DNA of 26,662 nt from Hyphomicrobium sp. (lineage in GTDB: Bacteria > Pseudomonadota > Alphaproteobacteria > Rhizobiales > Hyphomicrobiaceae). Position 1 is the stretch's first letter, and the number at the start of each line of letters is the position of its first letter. Of this stretch, positions 1 to 6,797 are shown in pieces. The translations under genes and the position numbers were made by a program. The stretch lies in contig JANORU010000218.1 of the NCBI GenBank assembly GCA_031415475.1, positions 1 through 26,662 on the forward strand, read 5' to 3'. The notes below the pieces were generated by a model. It was not told where the DNA came from, searched no databases, and saw only the letters and a program-made list of their open reading frames with translations.

Positions 1-1
1 A

Positions 2-3000
2 GGCATTGAACTCCTCAAAGACAAGTCGTGGTTTCAGTTCTTCGACCAATCGCCGGGGACCGACGGCGACATCATGGACTTCTCGCGCGAGCAATCGGGG
101 CTTCTGTACCGGCCTTCCGACGAAACCGATAACGCGCTCATACAGGACGGCGCATCGCCTGATGACCACTCAGGGATATTTGTCGAGTCGCTTGAAACTC
201 TGATCGGCTCGGCAGGCAATGACCGGATCTATGCCAGCAGCGGGCTTTTCAAAGTTGACAGCGGTGAAGGCGACGACCTGCTCGATGGCCGTGGCAGCGC
301 GGAATTTTCCGGCCTCAGTGTCCAGGGCTACGATATCGAGATTTACGGCGGCGAGGGCAACGACACCATAATTTCCGGATCAGGCCGCTCGCTGGCAACC
401 GGCGGTGCCGGTGCCGACCGGTTCGTTCTCGCCAACCTCACCAATGGCCTTGAACGCGTCGAGTTCGTCATCGAAGACGCGGATGCCGGCGACCAGCTTC
501 TGGTGCCGTACAATTTTGTCGATCCATACGGCGGACCGTTCGAAGGTTCCAGACTGTTCCCGTTGCTTGGCGCGCTCGCCGCTTCGGAGGACTACCACGG
601 CTACGGCGATATTCCTGAAGTGGCCGCTTCCGGCAGCGCGCTGGATACGCCCGGCGCCTACCAGCTGCAGTGGCAAACACAGACGCAGGACATCTTCGAG
701 ATGGACGCCACCGTCGGCATCCTGCCGTTCGCCGCCCGCATCTATTACACACGCGATGCCACCGACCTACTCATCCATGTGGTCGAGGGTGCCAAGTACG
801 AATACACGTTCATCGGCAGCGATGAGACCGAACACACCGCCATCGACGCCGTTCTGATCCCTCAAACCGAGGCGGTCATCCGCGTCAAGGATTTCAACGT
901 CGGCGACCTCGGCATCCACTTCTACGACTACGGCAGTGGCACGCCATTCGACTTCTATAACTTCCAAGGTCCCGGCGGCACGGTGCTGTGGTCGAACTAC
1001 GACGCGGCTGTCCGCGCAACCATGAACAATGGCCTGCTGATCGCCCCTCTTGAGGAACGCCCCGACGACGCCATTTTCGATTTCGACGAGAACGGCCCTG
1101 GCTCGCGGCCGGAGCGCAATGGGACCGATGGCGACGATCTGATTATTGCCAGCGCTACCAGCCGCCTTGCCTCGCGGCCCTCCGGATTCGATCTATTCGG
1201 CAAAGCTGGCAACGACACGCTGACCGGTTCCGATGGTCGAGACAAGATCGACGGCGGGGCCGGCGGCGATCGCATGACGGGACTGAGCGGTAATGACACG
1301 TACGTGGTCGACAATACCGGCGATGTCGTCGTTGAACAGGCAGGCGGCGGCTTCGACACCGTGCGATCTAGCATTAGCTTCACGCTCGGCGCCCATGTCG
1401 AAGACCTGGTGCTGATCGGGGCCGGAACGTTCGGCCGCGGCAACGCGCTCCGCAATAGTCTATCCGGCACCGGTAAAAACGACCGCTTGGAAGGACTCGA
1501 CGGGGATGACTCGCTCTACGGCGCCGGTGGCAATGACATTCTGATTGGCGGCGGCGGCGGTGATGCTTTTGTCTATTTGGCAGCCACCGGCACAGATACA
1601 ATCATCGACACCGGTGCGGCCACTGACGTCGATACGCTCTACCTTCGCGGTGTGACCAAAAGCCAAGTCTCTCTCGCGCGGCTCGCGATCGATCTCGACG
1701 ATGTGGCTATCCGCATAACCGGTGGTGGCCGAGTCATTCTCGACGAATTTCTGTCCGGCGCCAGCGCCGACCGCATTGAGTTCGACGATGGAACAATCTG
1801 GGGTCGCACCACTATTGCCGCCCTCGCGCAGCAACAGGCCCCTCTGACGAACGACAAACCAGTCGCCGTTGAGGACCTCGATTTCTATACCAACAGCCGC
1901 CGGGTCGTCATCACGGCCGCCGATCTTTTGGCGAACGACAGCGACTCCGACAATCATCCTTTATCGGTCGTCGCCGCAGCATCCAAGACCACGGGCGTCA
2001 CCGTCGGCCGGTCGGCGAACGGCGATCTCGTCTTTACCGCAGCGAAATCATTCAACGGAAGCGCGGACTTCACGTATTCGATTTCGGATGGTCACGGCGG
2101 CTTCGCACTCGCCAACGGCGCGCTGACGTTTCTCGCCAATGGCACGCCGGCGCTGGCACGCTCGCCACTGGCCGATCAGAAATCACTCGAAGATATGCGC
2201 TTCACCTACACAATTCCTGAGTTCACGTTTCTCGACCCCGACGGCCAGGAGCTGACCTACTCGGCGACACTTGCGAACGGCGTCCGGTTGCCGGCATGGA
2301 TCAACTTCAATCCAGATACACTGACCTTTTCCGGCACTCCGCCGAGGGATTTCAACGGCACACTGAGCCTTCGCGTCACGGCTAGCGATGGCGAGGCGAG
2401 CATTCGCGATACCTTCACCCTCACCATCAATCCCGTAAACGACCGCCCGCTCGCCAATGCTGATACCGGTTTCGCGACGGCATTCGGCACCGCCGCGTCG
2501 ATTTCCACGTCTCGACTACTGGCCAACGATCACGATGCCGATGGCGATCTCCTGAAGGTCACTGCCGTTTCCGCAGCGGTCAACGGAACGGCCACTCTCG
2601 ACGCTTTGGGGCATATCATTTTCACGCCGAAGTCCGGATACGCCGGCTCTGCGTCGTTCGGCTACACAATCTCCGATGGCCATGGCGGGTCATCGACCGC
2701 CCGCGCCCAAATCACCATCAAGCCGGAATCGAACACTGGCGGCGGCGAACAACCCCATCGTATCGACGGCACAAGAAAAGCCGATAAGCTGCTCGGCACA
2801 GCGAGCGACGACATCATATTTGGATACGGCGGCAAGGACCGGATTTCGGGACTTGCCGGTTCGGACATCATCGATGGCGGCCGAGGCGGCGATACGATGA
2901 GCGGGGGAGCCGGCAACGATGTCTTCGTCTTCCGGCCAAAATCCGGGTCTGACAGAATCTTGGATTTTAACGCCGATCCAGGTGCCGGCGGCCAACAGGA

Positions 3001-3187
3001 CCGGCTCGACCTTACAGCCTTCGACTTTGCCAACTTTGCCGAAGTCCGCGCCCACGCTCGCGCGGACGGTGACAGCACGGTTCTCAGTTTCGGTTTCGAC
3101 TCGACGTCGAAGCTTGCCGGCATGACCAGCGTGCGGCTCATTGGTGTGGCGCTGAAGGACTTCGACGCCGGCGACGTCATTCTATGA
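2..3187 (+). CDS. Large secreted RTX (hemolysin-type Ca-binding repeat) protein with cadherin-like/Ig-like domains, probable type I-secreted adhesin/surface protein; 5' end lies outside the window
   Basis: The frame is open from base 2 (GIELLKDKSWFQFFDQSPGTDGDIMDFS...), so the ATG at 74 is probably internal. It has multiple GGxGxD nonapeptides (GGEGND, GGAGAD, GKAGND, GGAGGD, GAGGND, GYGGKD, GGRGGD, GGAGND). Two cadherin-like/Big_9-type repeats start at NDKPVAVED (~1850) and NDRPLANADT (~2440). A dystroglycan/He_PIG-type Ig domain (LPAWINFNPDTLTFSGTP) lies between them, and the C-terminus is RTX-type (ILDF...DRLDL). Confidence 0.9.
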   Translation, partial: GIELLKDKSWFQFFDQSPGTDGDIMDFSREQSGLLYRPSDETDNALIQDGASPDDHSGIFVESLETLIGSAGNDRIYASSGLFKVDSGEGDDLLDGRGSAEFSGLSVQGYDIEIYGGEGNDTIISGSGRSLATGGAGADRFVLANLTNGLERVEFVIEDADAGDQLLVPYNFVDPYGGPFEGSRLFPLLGALAASEDYHGYGDIPEVAASGSALDTPGAYQLQWQTQTQDIFEMDATVGILPFAARIYYTRDATDLLIHVVEGAKYEYTFIGSDETEHTAIDAVLIPQTEAVIRVKDFNVGDLGIHFYDYGSGTPFDFYNFQGPGGTVLWSNYDAAVRATMNNGLLIAPLEERPDDAIFDFDENGPGSRPERNGTDGDDLIIASATSRLASRPSGFDLFGKAGNDTLTGSDGRDKIDGGAGGDRMTGLSGNDTYVVDNTGDVVVEQAGGGFDTVRSSISFTLGAHVEDLVLIGAGTFGRGNALRNSLSGTGKNDRLEGLDGDDSLYGAGGNDILIGGGGGDAFVYLAATGTDTIIDTGAATDVDTLYLRGVTKSQVSLARLAIDLDDVAIRITGGGRVILDEFLSGASADRIEFDDGTIWGRTTIAALAQQQAPLTNDKPVAVEDLDFYTNSRRVVITAADLLANDSDSDNHPLSVVAAASKTTGVTVGRSANGDLVFTAAKSFNGSADFTYSISDGHGGFALANGALTFLANGTPALARSPLADQKSLEDMRFTYTIPEFTFLDPDGQELTYSATLANGVRLPAWINFNPDTLTFSGTPPRDFNGTLSLRVTASDGEASIRDTFTLTINPVNDRPLANADTGFATAFGTAASISTSRLLANDHDADGDLLKVTAVSAAVNGTATLDALGHIIFTPKSGYAGSASFGYTISDGHGGSSTARAQITIKPESNTGGGEQPHRIDGTRKADKLLGTASDDIIFGYGGKDRISGLAGSDIIDGGRGGDTMSGGAGNDVFVFRPKSGSDRILDFNADPGAGGQQDRLDLTAFDFANFAEVRAHARADGDSTVLSFGFDSTSKLAGMTSVRLIGVALKDFDAGDVIL

Positions 3188-3260
3188 CGCCATCTTTACC
3201 GATCGGCACTTGCGGGGTTGCAGCAGGCCCGCCACAGTCGCCGTGGTAGTCCGGAACCGG

Positions 3261-4091
3261 GTGAGTTCTGCAGTGCGAAGTGTGGTGGTGTTGGCAGTTG
3301 CGATGCTGATCGGTCCCGCCGCACACACTGTTGCGGCGGCGGCAAGTGAAACGCCGGGTTGTACCCTTGCATCCGGCCAGATCGCGGCGGTGGCGCGGGT
3401 CTTGAGCCCGCAATCTCTTTTGCTGGCCGATGGCCGCGAAGTACTCCTGTCGTCGATCCTGGCGCCGGTTGGCGAAACAGCCGGCAGCGATAGCCAATCC
3501 TGGGCGCCCGAACGCGAGGCGCGGGAGGCACTCGAAGGCCTCGTGCGCGACAATGCAATCGAGATTTCGCCGACCGGCCTCAAGATCGATCGCTATGGCC
3601 GCTCCATCGCCCATGTCTTTGCCGTCGGTGGCGGTAAGCGCCTTTGGTTGTCCGGCGCGCTTGTCGAGAGCGGCAACGCACGCGTTGACGCCTCCAATTC
3701 CGACGGTGCTTGCGTGCCGGATCTTCTGCTTCGGGAGACCGGCGCACGCCGCCAGCGTGCCGGCCTCTGGCAAAACCCAGTCTATGCCATCCGCTCCGCC
3801 GCCAACACGCGCGACCTCAAGCGTCTGTTCGATAGCTTTCAGATTGTCGATGGGCGGATTGCGGCGGTCGCCCTGATCAAATCGCGTGTCTACCTAAATT
3901 TCGGCGACAACTGGCGATGGGACTTCACGGCCGGCGTGACGCTACCCAAGGGCACGGAGCGCGACCAGATCACTCTAAAGCTCAAAGCCCTTCAGGGCCG
4001 GCGTGTGCGCGTGCGCGGTTGGGTTGAGCCGCGTAATGGCCCGTTCCTGTCGATCAATAATCTGGACGCAATCGAACTTCTCGACCCATGA
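3261..4091 (+). CDS. Thermonuclease (SNase-fold) family protein with N-terminal hydrophobic export signal and C-terminal OB-fold-like domain; catalytic motifs degenerate
   Basis: It contains the DRYGR motif (3588-3602), LSGALVESGNARV and EARRQRAGLWQNP, typical of SNase-like proteins, and a C-terminal YLNFG..W..DFT / GRRVRVRGWV segment. The start is uncertain (TTG 3210, GTG 3261, GTG 3273 or ATG 3303). Confidence 0.8.
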   Translation: MSSAVRSVVVLAVAMLIGPAAHTVAAAASETPGCTLASGQIAAVARVLSPQSLLLADGREVLLSSILAPVGETAGSDSQSWAPEREAREALEGLVRDNAIEISPTGLKIDRYGRSIAHVFAVGGGKRLWLSGALVESGNARVDASNSDGACVPDLLLRETGARRQRAGLWQNPVYAIRSAANTRDLKRLFDSFQIVDGRIAAVALIKSRVYLNFGDNWRWDFTAGVTLPKGTERDQITLKLKALQGRRVRVRGWVEPRNGPFLSINNLDAIELLDP

Positions 4092-4110
4092 CACGCGGCC
4101 AAACAAAAAT

Positions 4111-4133
4111 GCCCGGCGGTTGACCCGCCGGGC
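4111..4133 (-). terminator. Intrinsic terminator for carD (possibly bidirectional)
   Basis: GCCCGGCGG-ttgac-CCGCCGGGC 9-bp stem; on the minus strand it is followed by ATTTTTGTTT. It lies between convergent genes. Confidence 0.8.
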
Positions 4134-4160
4134 GCTCAATTTGTTCGGTCTCGCGGCCGA

Positions 4161-5312
4161 TCAGGCAGCCTTGATCTCGCCGCTGTCGCCTTCTTCCGCC
4201 ATGCGGCGGCCCTTGGCGCTCTTCGACAGAACTTCAGTGATGCGCTGGACGGCACCACGCTCGTCGAGCTTTTCAACCGCTGCGATCTCGCGCGCCATAC
4301 GATCGAGTGCGTCCTCATAGAGCTGGCGCTCGGAGTACGACTGTTCGGGCTGGGCTTCCGACCGGTAGAGGTCGCGGACCACTTCGGCGATCGAAATCAG
4401 ATCGCCTGAGTTGATCTTGGCGACATATTCTTGCGCGCGGCGGCTCCACATGGTGCGCTTGATACGGGCGCGGCCCTTGAGGATATCCATCGCCCGCTTG
4501 ACGATGCCGTCATCGGCGAGCTTGCGCATACCGACGCTGGCTAGTTTGCCGGTCGGCACGCGCAGCGTGAGCTTTTCCTTCTCGAAATTGATCACGAACA
4601 GCTCCAGCGACATGCCAGCGATTTCCTGCTCCTCGATGCCGACAATGCGGCCGACACCGTGGGCGGGATAAACGATGAATTCGTTGGTCTTGAAGCCATG
4701 CCGCTGATTGACCGGCTTCTTGGACGCAGCTGCATCGGCCAGCGCCTTGCGGGCGGCAGCGGCTTTTTCGGCAATCGCCTTTGGCGTCGCAGGAGCTGCG
4801 ACCGGCGCGGTGATGCGCGGTGCACCCTGGCTGCCATTCGACGCCGCGACGGCGCGCGCCGGTGGGGCAACCGGAACCTTGATCCCGACGGGTGCCGCGA
4901 CAGCCTTAGCCCCCGTAGCAGAGACCTTGGCGGCAACGCCCGGCTTGACGGCCGAAGCGGTCGGCTTCTGCGCGACAGTTGCCGCAACGGGCTTCGCCAT
5001 GGCCTTCTGAAGAGCAGCAACGGCTGGCTTCACAGCAGCCTTCACTGGGGCAGCGACAGCCTTTGCGGCGACCGGCTTAGCGGCTGCCACGGCTGCCTTG
5101 ACGGCAACAGCCGCGGGCTTGGCCGCGTTCGCAGGCTTGGCGGCGATACCTGAGGTCTTGGCGGCCACAGGTGCGGGCACCGGCTTGGCCACTACCACTT
5201 TGGCCTTGGAGACGACAACTTTGGCGACGACCACTGGGCTCGGCTTCTTGGCAGCAACCACTTGCGGCTTTGCCAACTTAACTTTCGACGCCGATTTCTT
5301 TTTCTGAGCCAT
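4161..5312 (-). CDS. carD: CarD/CdnL-family RNA polymerase-binding transcription factor with long Ala/Lys/Pro/Val-rich N-terminal extension
   Basis: The C-terminal ~180 aa carry FIVYPAHGVGRI, LRVP..K...VGMRKL, RTMWSRRAQEY (conserved Trp), GDLISIAEVVRDL and QSYSERQLYE. ATG at 5312 (MAQKKKS) has GAGG just upstream; the ORF-track start at 5375 is less likely. Confidence 0.93.
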   Translation of the reverse strand: MAQKKKSASKVKLAKPQVVAAKKPSPVVVAKVVVSKAKVVVAKPVPAPVAAKTSGIAAKPANAAKPAAVAVKAAVAAAKPVAAKAVAAPVKAAVKPAVAALQKAMAKPVAATVAQKPTASAVKPGVAAKVSATGAKAVAAPVGIKVPVAPPARAVAASNGSQGAPRITAPVAAPATPKAIAEKAAAARKALADAAASKKPVNQRHGFKTNEFIVYPAHGVGRIVGIEEQEIAGMSLELFVINFEKEKLTLRVPTGKLASVGMRKLADDGIVKRAMDILKGRARIKRTMWSRRAQEYVAKINSGDLISIAEVVRDLYRSEAQPEQSYSERQLYEDALDRMAREIAAVEKLDERGAVQRITEVLSKSAKGRRMAEEGDSGEIKAA

Positions 5313-5786
5313 TCGCCTCGTCTCACTTTCTCGCAAACTACGCTCACCGGGCGAAAACACGCCGCACGGTGACACATGACTTGTCCGGTCGCGTTGCTGA
5401 GACCGAACAAGGCCCGGCCAGCGGTTTCACAACCGCCAGACTAGGCACCTAACGACCCATCTCAGACACCAGCTTTCGCCGGCACTAGATTGCAACCATC
5501 CGTTGAAGTCGACGAAGCCTACCCAACTGCACGGTGGCAGCCGGATGCAAAAGCCTCATATTCCCTCGGAGTTTGCAGAACGTTGGTGCTGGTTTGTACG
5601 CGCCACGTTCTTTCTAGGTTCCTTGTTGGACCGTTGTGATGTGCTTATAACACAATCTTCACGGAAAAAGAAGGGCGGCGCACCGCGGCGATTGGGGTCT
5701 GCTGAACATAATTGGTTAACGCGCACAACTCCATGGCCCGGCGATGGCCAGCGGGCGCGAAATAACCCTGACTGCTCAGCGGAGGC

Positions 5787-6125
5787 TCAATCGCCTTCGC
5801 CTGGTTCCGGCGAAAAGTGTTTCTCAAATTTGCCAGACTGGTCCTTGAAGTCGTCGGCGTCGGCCGGCGACGGCTTCTTGGAGGTGATGTTCGGCCACTT
5901 GTCGGCAAAGACGCGATTGAGCTCAAGCCATTTTTCGAGCGCCGGCTCGGTGTCGGGCTTGATGGCGTCGACCGGACATTCCGGTTCGCAGACGCCGCAA
6001 TCGATGCATTCATCCGGGTGAATGACCAGCATGTTGGCGCCTTCGTAGAAGCAGTCCACGGGGCAGACTTCCACGCAATCGGTGTATTTGCATTTGATGC
6101 AGGCTTCATTGACGACGTAGGTCAT
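5787..6125 (-). CDS. fdxA: Ferredoxin, Azotobacter FdI-type 7Fe ([3Fe-4S]+[4Fe-4S])
   Basis: [29 protein letters not shown]...[17 protein letters not shown], the classic FdxA Cys pattern; 112 aa. Confidence 0.96.
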   Translation of the reverse strand: MTYVVNEACIKCKYTDCVEVCPVDCFYEGANMLVIHPDECIDCGVCEPECPVDAIKPDTEPALEKWLELNRVFADKWPNITSKKPSPADADDFKDQSGKFEKHFSPEPGEGD

Positions 6126-6173
6126 TCTTTGCGTCCGGACTTCGTGGCTATGAGACCCCGAAGGGCCCGATGT

Positions 6174-6201
6174 TTCTTAACGAGAGGGGGTTGTACGTCA
6201 A
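6174..6201 (-). promoter_or_regulatory. Candidate sigma70 promoter for fdxA
   Basis: Minus strand reads TTGACG (6201-6196), 16 nt, then TAAGAA (6179-6174), about 50 nt upstream of the fdxA ATG. Confidence 0.45.
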
Positions 6202-6257
6202 CGCCCGCTTCAGCGCAGCAAACGCGCAACCATGGTTACCCGCAAAGGCCTCATGGT

Positions 6258-6369
6258 TGCTCCTAGAGCGCTTTGCGATCCGATGGAATCGGATCGGCGC
6301 TCTAGATTATTGTTTTGTCGCATTTTCTACGACGAACCGGTGGCCACTTCGAGGGACAAATGCTCCTAG
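6258..6369. repeat. Short palindromic intergenic repeat/MITE-like element of the Rhizobiales Bru-RS/RIME type (~103 bp unit)
   Basis: CTAGAGCGC..CGATCCGA..TCGGATCG.GCGCTCTAG hairpin (6263-6305). The other arm reads on the minus strand CTAGGAGCATTTGTCCCTCGAAGTGGCCACCGGTTCGTCGTAGAAAATGCGACAAAACAATAATCTAGAGCG, matching my recollection of this repeat family. TGCTCCTAG occurs at 6258-6266 and 6361-6369. Confidence 0.75.
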
Positions 6370-6797
6370 TCCCCCCGAAGACGATCGATCAACCTGCGAT
6401 CGCGCTTAGTCGGCCTGCCGCTGCCTGCTTCACGCGCGCCAGCCCGGCCAGCGAAGGATGATGTCGAGTTCTCCGAACCGGAACTCTTGGTCGCGTCGCG
6501 GGGAGCTGTCAATTCCTCGTAGAGCAAGCTGGCGTCGGCGGCCGAACCACGACGGATGCCCACCCCCGCAACGGTGAGCACTCGGACGCCGCGCGGACTG
6601 GAAAACGTAATAACATCGCCGGGCTTGATTGGCTGACTCGGTTTGTCGGTCTTGTCCCGGTTGATACGGAACTTGCCAGACGCCACGAGCGTGCTGGCGA
6701 GCGTCCGTGTCTTGGTAATCCGGGCAAACCAGAGCCACTTGTCCAGCCGCTGCGAACCGCCGCCCGCCGGCGCGACGGCTTGCGGCCCGCCGGTCAT
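6366..6797 (-). CDS. RNA-binding S4 domain protein, Hsp15/HslR-like
   Basis: RLDKWLWFARITKTRTLASTLVASGKFRIN...KPSQPIKPGDVI (S4 domain) and C-terminal GRPTKRDRR typical of Hsp15 homologues. Its ATG overlaps the helicase stop (ATGA). Confidence 0.9.
   Translation of the reverse strand: MTGGPQAVAPAGGGSQRLDKWLWFARITKTRTLASTLVASGKFRINRDKTDKPSQPIKPGDVITFSSPRGVRVLTVAGVGIRRGSAADASLLYEELTAPRDATKSSGSENSTSSFAGRAGAREAGSGRPTKRDRRLIDRLRGD

Noticed and set aside
1120-1620. Periodic GGCGGC/GAC repeats as a DNA repeat array or CRISPR
   Set aside because: They are fully explained by codons of GGxGxD RTX repeats, with no constant repeat/unique spacer structure.
5635-5650. CRP/Clr-like site TGTGA-N6-TATAA
   Set aside because: The right half has two mismatches to TCACA, which is too weak without conservation data.
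5705-5720. CtrA box near GGTTAAC
   Set aside because: Only a half-site; TTAA-N7-TTAA is not satisfied on either strand.
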